From a phage, in the sequence record PZ172995.1: a stretch of 64,000 nucleotides of DNA, one strand, 5' to 3'. The position numbers were made by a program, and so were the translations under genes. Below the pieces are notes generated by a model, which saw only the letters and a program-made list of their open reading frames with translations, searched no databases and had not been told where the DNA came from. Every line of letters begins with the position of its first letter. Within the stretch, counting starts at the first letter, position 1. This document shows positions 23,687 to 33,800 of this stretch, in pieces.

Positions 23687-26416
23687 TTAGTGTACTTCAA
23701 GCCAGCTTTTACCAACCTTACCAGTACCTGTAACAAGTGTTTCTTTCTTAAGACCTAAGTTTTTAGAAGCTTGTCCATAATACCAGTCAGTAACTGCTTT
23801 CACATCTGCCGTCATACTTTCTGGACATTCCCAGCTTGTTTCATCGTGATATGCGCAGAGCAAACGAGCACCAATAGCTGGTTGACGACCATTCAACTTC
23901 ATCAAGCCTTCGTCAATCATACGGCGACAAGCAAGGTTAATTGCCTCATTTTGAATCTGAGCCTCCGAACCCATTAGCAAATAATTCAATAACTTATGTG
24001 GAGATTTACACCACAACCAAGCTCCAGCAACCTTTACAAAACCTCCTTTAGAGATTGCAGCAGTCTTACCAAACACCTCTTCAAGTGCCTTTTTAGTCGC
24101 TTTGTAGTCAGCTTCCAAGTCATCTAGCAGCTTCTTAATTTTAGGCAAACGAATAAAGTAAGTCTGTTTAGTCAGTGCACCTTCCTGAGTAGTTGCAGCT
24201 TTAATCGTCTTAGCAAACTTCTCATCACCTGCACCGAACAGCAGTGCATAGATACCATTCTTAGCTTTCTTACGACCCTTACTAATCTCATGAAGGAGAT
24301 TCTCATCTTGAGTAGCTCGGCAAGTCAAGATATCCTGCTCATCATTCAAGCTAAAGTAAATACTGTTCAGTGTGTGTGCATCAGTCCCTGAATAGACAAC
24401 GTAAAGGTCATTCTCAGAGTCATAGCGAAGGTACTTATCAATCTCTGGATTGAGGTACTCATCAAAATGTTTGCAGTAATAGCGTCCATCTTCTTGACGA
24501 ATAAACTCAATTTCTTCTTTACCTTGCGTTACCGCTTTGGTGAAGTCTTTGTCACCCATAAAGTTACAAAGAAGAACTAGCTGGGCTGAGTTCATGTCTA
24601 CAGAGACAACGTTAGTACCTTCTTCACAAATCCACACTGCCCTCATTGGTTCCCCATAGACAGCAGCACCAGACGGTACGTTTACAATACCATACTGTGT
24701 CATACGTCCAGTTGAAGTACCAAATACCATTGCACCAGCACTAAGGCGACCATCTGGACGAATCTGGTTCAACCAACCTTTTTCATCATCCTTTGAGTTC
24801 TCAATAGTTCTGCGTCGGTGCATCAAAGTATAGTACTTAGCAATCTTCTGTCCAAGCTCACCTTCAATCGTATCATAAGATGATTCAGTAAGTTTTGGTG
24901 AAGTACGGATTAAGCAAGGCTCAAGCAAATCTGTGTACTTCTTCACAGACCAGTTATGCTCAATGTATTGGACACCTTCATGTTCAACATAACTCAAACC
25001 ACACCGTTCAACCATCTCCTGCCACTTAGGATGCTTGGTAATCATCTTTTTGTTGTCTTTGAAACGACAAACCTTAACAGGACGACCATCTGAGTCTTTC
25101 TTGTAGTTCCAGTCATCTGGAATCCAACCAACTGATTTCAAGTAGTCTTTAACAACTGCTACCTGAGTCATACGAGAAACTTCGAACTCAATTGGTGTAT
25201 ATGGTGCATCAATCAAACCTGTGTAGCGACTTGACTCAAGTTCAAAGTGGTTAACAACATGACTGTTATAGTACTTCACAGTCTTAACTGTTTTTACTGG
25301 CTTCCAGTCTTTGCACTTCTTACCAATCTTTGCATTCAACTCATTGCAAATTGCACGAGCATCCTTCATTGCTACAAAACCTTCCTTGTACTCTTCACCA
25401 GTTACAGAGTTGGTTGGGGTATAGCAATTCCGCTTTTCAATGTTAAAAATCTTGGTAGTTGGTTTACCAAATGGCTTGATTTCATATGTCTGCATCTCAC
25501 CGTTACGTACCTGTTGACGATACTTTGTCTTAGGGTACTTGGTAATTCTTTTCAGTCCATCTGCATGACCAAACGCTTCAACATACTCATTCCAAGCTTT
25601 TGCAAACTCTTCTCCAGTAACTTTACCTTTGGTTTTAATAGTTGGAGGAAGATGTGGTTCAACTTCTGAAGCAAGCTCATTAGTCAACTTATCAAGTTCC
25701 TTTACATGGAACTCCATAAGCTCTTTATCAGCTTTCCAACCATTGATAGCCTGTTGACTCATCCAGAAAGATGTTTCTTTAGCTCGCATGTAGGTTTCAT
25801 AAGTATCTACGCCACACTTCTTCAGCTTGAGATATTCATTATCCAGTGCACGTTTAGTTTTGGCGTTAATACGGATATCCTCTACGACACGAGTGAAGAT
25901 TTCTGCATTCCACACACCCCAATGTTCAATCTCTGGTTTACGTACACCAACACGAGCACCCCATGCTGCCAAGCCATGAGCACCTTTATAGCCCTTTGGA
26001 GTTGGTCTATCCATCCACTGAACACGAGACTGGATAAGAGAATCCTGAAAGAAATTACTCCACGGCTTACACTTTGGATTATCAAAGTTCCATAAATCAG
26101 GTGCAATGTGATTGAAAACCCACCAGTCATAACCCAAACCATTATGGATGCAAAGTCGTTTTGCCTTTAACGCAAACTCAATACCTTCACGCAAACCACC
26201 CTTGATGTACTTGGTGTATTTGTGACCGAGGATAGGCTCATCTGTAAAGACCCATACAGGTGGCTCTTCATCGTCAGATTTATAGTCTGCGAAAGCCATT
26301 ACGTGCACTTTAGTGAACTCAAGGAGTAAACCATCAGTTTCTGTATCACCAACTAAATGTAAGTTTTTAAAATCTACGTTTTCCATTTTTACTCCCTCTA
26401 AAATCATTAACCTCAT
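23687..26416 (-). CDS. DNA polymerase, family A (T7 gp5-like) with 3'-5' exonuclease domain
   Basis: 909 aa; N-terminal exo motif DTETDGL; motif B-like KAKNGIYALLFGAG; motif C-like CAYHDE; RBS GAGGGAG. Confidence 0.85.
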   Translation of the reverse strand: MRLMILEGVKMENVDFKNLHLVGDTETDGLLLEFTKVHVMAFADYKSDDEEPPVWVFTDEPILGHKYTKYIKGGLREGIEFALKAKRLCIHNGLGYDWWVFNHIAPDLWNFDNPKCKPWSNFFQDSLIQSRVQWMDRPTPKGYKGAHGLAAWGARVGVRKPEIEHWGVWNAEIFTRVVEDIRINAKTKRALDNEYLKLKKCGVDTYETYMRAKETSFWMSQQAINGWKADKELMEFHVKELDKLTNELASEVEPHLPPTIKTKGKVTGEEFAKAWNEYVEAFGHADGLKRITKYPKTKYRQQVRNGEMQTYEIKPFGKPTTKIFNIEKRNCYTPTNSVTGEEYKEGFVAMKDARAICNELNAKIGKKCKDWKPVKTVKTVKYYNSHVVNHFELESSRYTGLIDAPYTPIEFEVSRMTQVAVVKDYLKSVGWIPDDWNYKKDSDGRPVKVCRFKDNKKMITKHPKWQEMVERCGLSYVEHEGVQYIEHNWSVKKYTDLLEPCLIRTSPKLTESSYDTIEGELGQKIAKYYTLMHRRRTIENSKDDEKGWLNQIRPDGRLSAGAMVFGTSTGRMTQYGIVNVPSGAAVYGEPMRAVWICEEGTNVVSVDMNSAQLVLLCNFMGDKDFTKAVTQGKEEIEFIRQEDGRYYCKHFDEYLNPEIDKYLRYDSENDLYVVYSGTDAHTLNSIYFSLNDEQDILTCRATQDENLLHEISKGRKKAKNGIYALLFGAGDEKFAKTIKAATTQEGALTKQTYFIRLPKIKKLLDDLEADYKATKKALEEVFGKTAAISKGGFVKVAGAWLWCKSPHKLLNYLLMGSEAQIQNEAINLACRRMIDEGLMKLNGRQPAIGARLLCAYHDETSWECPESMTADVKAVTDWYYGQASKNLGLKKETLVTGTGKVGKSWLEVH

Positions 26417-26581
26417 ACATTACTGCAAAAAATTATAAAAAGCAAGTTGACAATGTACTTGACAAGGTGTTAATCTTTGCGAAGTGGGTTTTTACTTAAA
26501 AGGTTACTTAACAGTTTAACTATACAGATACTTTAAAACTCTTAAAAGATTATTTAATAGCTTTTAAAAAGCTTTAAAGTA

Positions 26582-26600
26582 TAACGTATAGAATACGTTA
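26582..26600. promoter_or_regulatory. 19-bp perfect palindrome (candidate operator) in divergent promoter region
   Basis: TAACGTATAGAATACGTTA in the 227-bp gap between divergent DNA polymerase (-) and 26644 (+) genes; two TTGACA hexamers at ~26447 and ~26459 nearby. Confidence 0.4.
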
Positions 26601-26643
26601 AGATAAAAGATTAAAACTTAATAGTTACTTAAAAGAGGCTTAC

Positions 26644-27066
26644 ATGCAGAAAATGTTTGTTCACCCAGACATAGCTGACTTTGTTAGAGCTTTGCAGAAG
26701 TTGGAAGAACTTGACATTGCTGCTCAACGGGAATATGCTCACCATCACAGGAGAATGGTTGATATACAACATGAAATAGAGTTGTCTGAAAACTATGAAG
26801 ATGACTTAAAATGCTCTGTGTTTGAGCATATGAAAGATGTTGCTACAGCGAGACGTAAAGCTAAAGACACAGTTGCTTTACTAGATTCTCTTAAAAAGAG
26901 GTTGCAAAGTGGTACAGACCTGTGTAATCTAGCGTCACTGATTAATGATGTTGAAACTTCTTGGGATAGACATTACTATCCACGTTCTGAAAAGACACTT
27001 GACTTTTCTTCATCAGAAAACTTAAAATGTTCTAGAAAGAAACTTAACCAACTGAGAGAGAAATAA
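26644..27066 (+). CDS. hypothetical protein
   Basis: 140 aa, RBS AAGAGG; no motif recognised. Confidence 0.45.
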   Translation: MQKMFVHPDIADFVRALQKLEELDIAAQREYAHHHRRMVDIQHEIELSENYEDDLKCSVFEHMKDVATARRKAKDTVALLDSLKKRLQSGTDLCNLASLINDVETSWDRHYYPRSEKTLDFSSSENLKCSRKKLNQLREK

Positions 27067-27067
27067 T

Positions 27068-27880
27068 ATGAATACTACTGTAGACCAGATGCTTGAAGAA
27101 AAAGGTATTGACGAAGCATTCTTAATCAATGCCGTAGAAAGCATGGCTATGATTCTTCGTGGAAACAACTACACAGAACAGTTTATGCCTGCAAGCTATA
27201 ACTTGCCTAAAGACAAGTCTGATAACGGTGCTTTTGCAGAACAGGTTAATATGATGCTGTGCGACAAAAAACTTGCCTTAGCATCTATCGTTGTAGGTGT
27301 TGATGCTCTTGCAGAGTTCATTTTTTATGAGATGCAGAAAAATGACTATATTGCCATGACCTCTGAAGAAAAAGACTCGCTACTGCTCTTAGATAATAAT
27401 GAGCTAGTTGACCTGTTAATTTCGTCAACGAGTGCTGTTATGGCTGCTCTTGAGAAGCGCATGGAAGAGAAGCTGTCACGATATGAAAAACTTGATTGGG
27501 GTGTAGAAGAGTTAAACCCACGAATCAAAGAGATTATCCAGCAAACTAAAGACTCTTTAGCAGAAGCTGTGAAAGATGATTCTGTAGCTGATGTAGAACC
27601 ACTACAGGTGAAGGTTGCTCTGATGATTCCAGCTATTTCTACAATGATGAATATCGTTGCACTAATCCAACTTTCTCAGATGTTGGGTGTGACCATTGAG
27701 TTCGTTGAGGAGATGACTGGTGGTGTCAGTATGCAAGCAATCAATGATGTTTTGGTAAACATTGGTGCTTCAATCATTGAAGAGAAGCTACGTATCAACT
27801 TCGGTGATGATTTTGTGAAGCAAATCTCAGCTATGGCTGAAAAAGAGCACTCACAAATTACTAGTGACCAACTGCACTAA
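27068..27880 (+). CDS. hypothetical acidic protein
   Basis: 270 aa, rich in D/E; coupled to upstream gene; followed by terminator. Confidence 0.45.
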   Translation: MNTTVDQMLEEKGIDEAFLINAVESMAMILRGNNYTEQFMPASYNLPKDKSDNGAFAEQVNMMLCDKKLALASIVVGVDALAEFIFYEMQKNDYIAMTSEEKDSLLLLDNNELVDLLISSTSAVMAALEKRMEEKLSRYEKLDWGVEELNPRIKEIIQQTKDSLAEAVKDDSVADVEPLQVKVALMIPAISTMMNIVALIQLSQMLGVTIEFVEEMTGGVSMQAINDVLVNIGASIIEEKLRINFGDDFVKQISAMAEKEHSQITSDQLH

Positions 27881-27898
27881 GTCTTTATGAATCTTATA

Positions 27899-27922
27899 AG
27901 CCTCCTTAGTTGGGGGCTTTTT
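27899..27922 (+). terminator. rho-independent terminator
   Basis: AGCCTCC-TTAGTT-GGGGGCT followed by TTTTT. Confidence 0.5.
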
Positions 27923-27941
27923 AGTAATTAAGGGAGATAAA

Positions 27942-28685
27942 ATGAGTAGTATTATTGCATTTACTGGAAAAGCACGTTCTGGAAAGGACACCTCATGTTC
28001 TATTGTCAAGAATATCTTAGAAGATGAGTATGGCTACAATGTTGCAGTAATGGCCTATGCAGACAATCTTAAGCTATCTGCATCAAAGATATTTGACTTG
28101 ACGTGGAATGACCTGTACGGTGAAACTAAAGAGACTCCACAGGTCTTTGATTTATCATACTCTGAACTTATGAGTAAAGTTACAGAAGCTATGGAGTTCA
28201 CCTTCAGAGATGAACGTTACCATATGGACTTTAAGCTTATGTCAGAGTTAACCGGACGATTAATCATGGAACTTAAGAAGGTTGCTAAGCCAACTCTATT
28301 GACACGTCTGGGATTTAGCAAGAAGTATAAATTCTCATCAAGACAAATTCAACAGATTTGGGGTACTGAAGTTATCCGTAAAGTTATGGGTGACAAGTTC
28401 TGGGCTAAAGACCTTGAAAAAAGAATGGTAAACTTCTTTGACGTTTGCTCACTTAGAAATCAAGAAGGTGTTGTTTTAATCAGTGACTTAAGGTTTGACT
28501 CTGAAGCTGAGTGGCTGAGCAGATTTGCACACCAAATTATTGAAGTAAAAAGAGACAATGTGGACAAGGTTTCATCACATGTTTCAGAAAATGGAATTTC
28601 TACCAAATATGCGCGTGACATTATTCATAATAATGGTACTCTTGAAGACCTTGAAAGCAAGCTAAGAGCTATCCTGAAAATTTAA
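27942..28685 (+). CDS. deoxynucleoside monophosphate kinase (T4 gp1-like)
   Basis: 247 aa; N-terminal P-loop IIAFTGKARSGKDT typical of phage dNMP kinases. Confidence 0.65.
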   Translation: MSSIIAFTGKARSGKDTSCSIVKNILEDEYGYNVAVMAYADNLKLSASKIFDLTWNDLYGETKETPQVFDLSYSELMSKVTEAMEFTFRDERYHMDFKLMSELTGRLIMELKKVAKPTLLTRLGFSKKYKFSSRQIQQIWGTEVIRKVMGDKFWAKDLEKRMVNFFDVCSLRNQEGVVLISDLRFDSEAEWLSRFAHQIIEVKRDNVDKVSSHVSENGISTKYARDIIHNNGTLEDLESKLRAILKI

Positions 28686-28693
28686 AAGAGAGA

Positions 28694-28894
28694 ATGAAGA
28701 TGAGAGTAAAAGATAATTTTAAAGTTATTGACCATCGTTTAGTGGAACTCTCATCTCTTTCCAATGAGGTAATGATTGAACGTCTTAAGAGAGTTGAATC
28801 ACGAAGGAAAGAGATTGCAGATGAAATTCATGAACTGGACAAGATTGAAAATGGATTGAAGGCAGAACTACAACGAAGAGGTGCTAATGTCTAA
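28694..28894 (+). CDS. small coiled-coil protein
   Basis: 66 aa, charged helical sequence; overlaps primase-helicase start. Confidence 0.4.
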   Translation: MKMRVKDNFKVIDHRLVELSSLSNEVMIERLKRVESRRKEIADEIHELDKIENGLKAELQRRGANV

Positions 28895-30872
28895 AGGTCG
28901 TAAATTGAAAGAGGCTGGTCAGTTTATTGGTCATTGTGCATGTCCACGTTGTGGTTCATCAGATGCTGGTTCAATCTACCATCATGACGATGATTCTTAT
29001 TCGATGACTTGCTTTAGCTGTAACAAAGGTTTCCCAGAGTGGGATTTTGATAAAGGACAAATCGTGAGCACTTATTCTACTGGTTCAGATAATAAAAACC
29101 GTACTTTCCGTGGAATGGATTTAGACGATGTAAAAGAAAACCTAGAAGCAATGGACTTGAAAGACAGGAAGATTCCTGCAAAAGTCCTCGAACGCTTAGG
29201 TATCAAGGTTGACATTGATAGTGACGGTGAAATTGATGCACATTTCTATCCAACTTACAAACGTAATGAAGATGGCAAGCTAGAACATGTTGGTTATCGT
29301 GTTCGTCACCGTTACCCAGAAGACCATCCAAAAGAACACCTACGTGGTAAGTTAAAAGACTTTTCAGGTGGTGTTGGAGATATTAAAGGTGAACTGGCAA
29401 TGTTCGGTTCATGGATTGCTCCAGAAGGTGGGAACCGACTGTTCATCTGGGAAGGTGAGATGGAATGTGCGACAGCTATCTACATGACTTCTTTGGCGAT
29501 TAAAGATAAGTCTCGTCGTAAGAATTACTGTCACGTATCTGTTCCATCAGGTGCAAACATTAAGTCTATCAAAGACAACTATCAGTACATCACATCATTT
29601 GATGAGATTTACTTGTGCTTTGATAACGATGAAGCAGGTGCTAAAGCTACCAAAGAGGCTGCTGGTATCCTACCTATTGAGAAGGTTCGTTTGTTCCAGT
29701 ATCCAGAGGGTGTAAAAGACCTTAATGAATGGTGGACAAAGTTCTACAAAGAGAAAGACACAGTTCTGGAAGGATTTAAACAGCGTATCTACAACGCACC
29801 TCGTTACTGTCCTGCTGGTATCAAGAACTTCGCAGATGGTTTTGAGGCAATGAAGAATCGTGGTCAGATTCCATTGATTCCTTTCCCAGAATCTTTCGGG
29901 GATTTGAACAGGTTGACTTATGGTGGTTACGGTTTAGGTGAGATTACAACTCTGGCAGCACCATCTTCAGTAGGTAAATCAGCATACACCCGTGAAATGA
30001 TTTACACTGCTTGGAAGGAAACCGATTACAATATTGGTGTAATTCCAGTTGAAGATACCTATGAAGAGTTGATGGAGATGCTCTGTGCAATCCACTTAAG
30101 CAAGCAGATTTCTGAGATTCCTTATGACGAACGTGATTGGGATGAATTAAAGGAAGCACACGCAGAACTATCTAAAGGTCGTCGTATCCACATCGTAGAC
30201 CATCAAGGGGCAATTGACCAAGATAACCTGCTGGAATTTGTTGACTATCTTGTTAACAGTTTAGACTGTAAGATTATTATTCTTGACCCTATTACGTTGG
30301 CTCTGTCACGTTCAGATACGGATGAAGAGGAAGTTTTGTCTGAACTATTGCGTCGTTGCAAACGCTACCAGTATGCACAGGTTAACGTCTGCCACGTTCG
30401 TAAGAGTGCAGGTGGTCAGAAAGCTAACTCTGAAGGTGGAGATATCTCTGAAGAGGATATTAAGGGTTCTGGTGCATACTTCCAGATTTCCATGAACAAC
30501 ATTCTGTTAATGCGTAACAAGGTTGACCCAGACCCTGTTAAGAAAAACTTGACAAAAATCAAGTTAACTAAGTGTCGTCGTCATGGTAAGTCAACAGGTA
30601 TTGCTGGTCACACTTGGTACAATCCAGATACAGGACGGCTTATCAAAGCTTCTGGGTGTGGTGTTGATATTGATGGTGCAGCAGAAAATATTCGTCAACA
30701 GTTTGGTATTGGTGAAGCTGAAGACCATTACGATGACTCTTTACCTCATTATGAGGATGAAGTGTTTGACCGTGAGACTGGTGAAGTCTATACTGAAGAA
30801 CAGCGCCAAAGCTCAACGATTCCACCTGTATTAAGTGAGGATGCAGATGACTGCCCGTTTGAAACTGAGTGA
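28881..30872 (+). CDS. bifunctional DNA primase-helicase (T7 gp4-like)
   Basis: 663 aa; N-terminal Cys4 zinc ribbon CPRCGSSD...CFSCNKGF; central TOPRIM-like acidic region; helicase Walker A APSSVGKSA and DnaB-like C-terminal half. Confidence 0.85.
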   Translation: MLMSKGRKLKEAGQFIGHCACPRCGSSDAGSIYHHDDDSYSMTCFSCNKGFPEWDFDKGQIVSTYSTGSDNKNRTFRGMDLDDVKENLEAMDLKDRKIPAKVLERLGIKVDIDSDGEIDAHFYPTYKRNEDGKLEHVGYRVRHRYPEDHPKEHLRGKLKDFSGGVGDIKGELAMFGSWIAPEGGNRLFIWEGEMECATAIYMTSLAIKDKSRRKNYCHVSVPSGANIKSIKDNYQYITSFDEIYLCFDNDEAGAKATKEAAGILPIEKVRLFQYPEGVKDLNEWWTKFYKEKDTVLEGFKQRIYNAPRYCPAGIKNFADGFEAMKNRGQIPLIPFPESFGDLNRLTYGGYGLGEITTLAAPSSVGKSAYTREMIYTAWKETDYNIGVIPVEDTYEELMEMLCAIHLSKQISEIPYDERDWDELKEAHAELSKGRRIHIVDHQGAIDQDNLLEFVDYLVNSLDCKIIILDPITLALSRSDTDEEEVLSELLRRCKRYQYAQVNVCHVRKSAGGQKANSEGGDISEEDIKGSGAYFQISMNNILLMRNKVDPDPVKKNLTKIKLTKCRRHGKSTGIAGHTWYNPDTGRLIKASGCGVDIDGAAENIRQQFGIGEAEDHYDDSLPHYEDEVFDRETGEVYTEEQRQSSTIPPVLSEDADDCPFETE

Positions 30873-30942
30873 TAGTTATAAAAGAGAGGGGTTCATACCC
30901 TTCTTTGAAGAAAAAAGTTTAAACGAATTTCAGGAAGAGTGT

Positions 30943-30971
30943 TTGACAAAGGTTGATAGGTTCTATAGAAT
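30943..30971 (+). promoter_or_regulatory. sigma70-like promoter candidate (TTGACA-N17-TAGAAT)
   Basis: Hexamers at 30943-30948 and 30966-30971, ~70 nt downstream of helicase stop; same architecture as promoters at 31282 and 50349. Confidence 0.5.
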
Positions 30972-31124
30972 GCTCTACATGAAATGTGATGGAGGCGTTG
31001 AGGTAGAAGAAAAGTTCCATCACAGTATGATAACAGTCACTATTACTATACCTCGACATAATATTGGTTGGCTGTTTATAATTAAAGAAAATGTGTTTGA
31101 ATATCAAGTATATCGGAGAATATC

Positions 31125-31274
31125 ATGAAACACTCTAAAGCATTTGAACAAGTTTTTGGGGATTCCTTAAAAGCCACTGCTGGTAAACCAGCAAAATACT
31201 ACGAAGAGAAGCGTGTAAGAACTGGAAAAACTGCACGTAAAGCAGCTTCTAAAGATAAGCACAACTTCCAGTAA
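31125..31274 (+). CDS. small basic protein (49 aa), not in supplied ORF track
   Basis: ATG preceded by GGAGA RBS; translation MKHSKAFEQVFGDSLKATAGKPAKYYEEKRVRTGKTARKAASKDKHNFQ. Confidence 0.4.
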   Translation: MKHSKAFEQVFGDSLKATAGKPAKYYEEKRVRTGKTARKAASKDKHNFQ

Positions 31275-31281
31275 TTAATGT

Positions 31282-31310
31282 TTGACAATAGAGTATCAAC
31301 AAATTAGAAT
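31282..31310 (+). promoter_or_regulatory. sigma70-like promoter candidate (TTGACA-N17-TAGAAT)
   Basis: Hexamers at 31282-31287 and 31305-31310, 37 nt upstream of SSB-like gene. Confidence 0.55.
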
Positions 31311-31346
31311 TGGTACTCTTCATAAATTGAGATAGAGGTTTAAATA

Positions 31347-32204
31347 ATGTCTAAAGTTGTTAAAATGAAAGCTCCGGTAGAGAAGTACAATGGTACTGAA
31401 CGTCAAACTCTGCGTTACCTTCTGAAAGATGTCTGGTTTTATTACCTGAACACTTCACCACGTCCGGGAAAAGGTAAATCCATTGATAAGAAGTTCCCAG
31501 GAAAAGACTGCAACTACAGTGTTTCAATTCTGGCAGAAGATGGTAACAAGCTGTTTAAAGAGTTCACTAAGTCTAAGAAAAACCCAGAAGGTTGGGATAA
31601 AGTTACTACTGAAGCTGTTGATGCAGATGACTTCGAAGAGAAGTTTGGTTGCAAACCACCATTTGAAGCAGACACTTACTACATCTTGAAAGTAAGTCGT
31701 GCAGCAGCTTATAAAGATGGTGCTGTGTGGACAGCTAAACAGTCATTCCCTGTAATGCTGATTGAAGAAGTAAACGGTAAGCGTGTAGCTGTTAAGCAGC
31801 CGATGAAGAAAATCAAAGCTCAAGCATCTGACAAACATGAAGATGACAAGAACTATGATGTAATTCATCCAGATATTGCAGTTGGTAACGGTTCTTTTGG
31901 TAGCGTGATTCTTTCTACTCACTTCTACACTTTTGAGAACAATGTTCTGACAAAACCTATTCAGGAACAGTTTATCATTGATACTCTTGTACCTTACACT
32001 GGTGGTAACGGTGGTAACGGTGAACCTGAACTGGATGAAGACGAACTGGCTATGCTTGGTCTTGATGGTGTTGAAGATAACGGTGAAATCACTGAAGAAG
32101 ACGCAAAAGACCACAAACCTTCGAATCACTCTGATGATGGTGATGATGAAGACTTGCCAGACCCAGATGACGAAGAAGATGAAGACTTCGATACAGAAGA
32201 CTAA
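31347..32204 (+). CDS. single-stranded DNA-binding protein (T7 gp2.5-like) candidate
   Basis: 285 aa with strongly acidic C-terminal tail (DDGDDEDLPDPDDEEDEDFDTED) and position beside primase-helicase. Confidence 0.5.
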   Translation: MSKVVKMKAPVEKYNGTERQTLRYLLKDVWFYYLNTSPRPGKGKSIDKKFPGKDCNYSVSILAEDGNKLFKEFTKSKKNPEGWDKVTTEAVDADDFEEKFGCKPPFEADTYYILKVSRAAAYKDGAVWTAKQSFPVMLIEEVNGKRVAVKQPMKKIKAQASDKHEDDKNYDVIHPDIAVGNGSFGSVILSTHFYTFENNVLTKPIQEQFIIDTLVPYTGGNGGNGEPELDEDELAMLGLDGVEDNGEITEEDAKDHKPSNHSDDGDDEDLPDPDDEEDEDFDTED

Positions 32205-32222
32205 TCTCTAAAAGTTACTTTA

Positions 32223-32250
32223 AAGCCCTGTACTTAGTATGGGGCTTTTT
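32223..32250 (+). terminator. rho-independent terminator
   Basis: AAGCCC...GGGCTT stem followed by TTTTT after SSB-like gene. Confidence 0.5.
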
Positions 32251-32266
32251 CATATGGAGAGTCACA

Positions 32267-33307
32267 ATGGAGAAGTATACGCTAACAAAACTTCCCGATT
32301 CAGTTACACATGTCTTTATTGACTCTGACAGTATTGCCTATAAAGGTGCTTGTGTAGTTGAGAAAGCAAAATATAAATACGTCAATAAACTCACAGCAGA
32401 AGAATCTGAATCATTTGATAATGCAAAAGATGCTGCAAGATGGTTAGCAGACCAGAGAATCCTTGTAGAAGAGCTTGGCCTAGCATTTGATGAAGATGAA
32501 TGGGAAAGACAGACTTGGAAAGAAGCTAAGAGTGAAAAAGAAGCTATCATGGCTACTCAGCAGGTTCTTCAGGAATGGCTTAAGGTTGTTGGTAAAGAAA
32601 GAACTTGGGTAGGTTACTTAACAGAGAAAGGTGTGCATAAGCATAAAGACGTTAAAGGTCTTGAGCACCAATATCAAGGTAACCGTAAAGATGCTGTCAC
32701 ACCAACACACTTAGTTGCTTGTCGTGAATATCTCCTGTCAAGACCAGAGTTCAAACTCTTAAAGGGTGGCTTCGAAGCCGACTCAATCGTTATTGCTAAA
32801 GCTGAAAAGATGGGTAAGAAAGCTGCTCTTATGAGTATTGACAAAGACCTTCGACAAGCTGAAGGGACTTATTGTATTGATATGACTTATGAAAAGTCAC
32901 CACTAATTTTTATTGCTGACAATAATGTTGGTGATATCTGGGATTGCCCTATCAAATCAAAACCAAAAGCTGCAAAAACAGTTGGTGTAGGTTTTAAATT
33001 CTTGTGTTATCAGGCTGTTGCTGGAGATAATGCAGACAACTACTTCGGCCTTAAAGGTGCTGGTAAAGTAGCTGTGATGAATGCTTTAGAGGGTAAAGAG
33101 ACCTACAAAGAGTGTCTTGATGCTATCTATGAACTTTATGCTAAAAAAGATTCTTATACCTATGTATCATGGGATGGACAGACTGTTACCAAAACACCAT
33201 TAGAGTTAATGGAACAGCATTTCTGGATAGCATATCAAGAGAGAAATCCAAAAGATAATTTCTCTTTTAAGAAATATAATTGGGAGCCGTGTATGAATGA
33301 AGATTAA
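32267..33307 (+). CDS. 5'-3' exonuclease / flap endonuclease (FEN family)
   Basis: 346 aa; acidic clusters (VFIDSDSIAY, GFEADSIVIA, MSIDKDLRQ) and H3TH-like GLKGAGKVAV motif. Confidence 0.7.
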   Translation: MEKYTLTKLPDSVTHVFIDSDSIAYKGACVVEKAKYKYVNKLTAEESESFDNAKDAARWLADQRILVEELGLAFDEDEWERQTWKEAKSEKEAIMATQQVLQEWLKVVGKERTWVGYLTEKGVHKHKDVKGLEHQYQGNRKDAVTPTHLVACREYLLSRPEFKLLKGGFEADSIVIAKAEKMGKKAALMSIDKDLRQAEGTYCIDMTYEKSPLIFIADNNVGDIWDCPIKSKPKAAKTVGVGFKFLCYQAVAGDNADNYFGLKGAGKVAVMNALEGKETYKECLDAIYELYAKKDSYTYVSWDGQTVTKTPLELMEQHFWIAYQERNPKDNFSFKKYNWEPCMNED

Positions 33308-33794
33308 AGGATTTGGCAATTGTCCTACCTATGGTCATTGGGTATCTTTATGTGGGGAAGTTGACCCCACTAAACATTTTGGTTTTGTCTATTTAGTACA
33401 CTGTAAGAAGACCGGACAATATTATATCGGAAAGAAACAGCTTAATAGTGTGACCAAAAGAAAAGTTGCTGGCAAGACTCGGAAGAAGGTAGTCACTAAG
33501 GAGAGTGATTGGATGACTTATGAGACTTCTTCTGAGTATATTAAAAAAGATATTGAGAGCTTTGGGAAAGAATTTTTTGACTTTTACATTATCCAAACCT
33601 ACTACACGAAAGGTGGTCTAGTTTATGGTGAAGCAAACCTCCAACATAAATTCGATGTAATGACAAAAAGGATTGACTCTAAGCTCAGACTCTTCTACAA
33701 TGCCAATATTGCAGCAATTAAGTTTATCACTAAAGAAACTTATGAAGATGCTGAAAAAAGAATCCATAAGGTAATGAAAGCAAATTGTGCTTGA
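33297..33794 (+). CDS. GIY-YIG-like domain protein (possible homing-type endonuclease)
   Basis: 165 aa; FVYLVHCKKTGQYYIGKK matches GIY-(x9-11)-YIG spacing; weak. Confidence 0.4.
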   Translation: MKIKGFGNCPTYGHWVSLCGEVDPTKHFGFVYLVHCKKTGQYYIGKKQLNSVTKRKVAGKTRKKVVTKESDWMTYETSSEYIKKDIESFGKEFFDFYIIQTYYTKGGLVYGEANLQHKFDVMTKRIDSKLRLFYNANIAAIKFITKETYEDAEKRIHKVMKANCA

Positions 33795-33800
33795 TAACTA

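Noticed and set aside
30835-31128. ORF-track CDS 30835..31128 (97 aa)
   Set aside because: Begins with GTG inside the 3' end of the primase-helicase gene and contains a strong TTGACA-N17-TAGAAT promoter at 30943-30971; more likely promoter and leader sequence. A shorter ORF starting after the promoter cannot be excluded.
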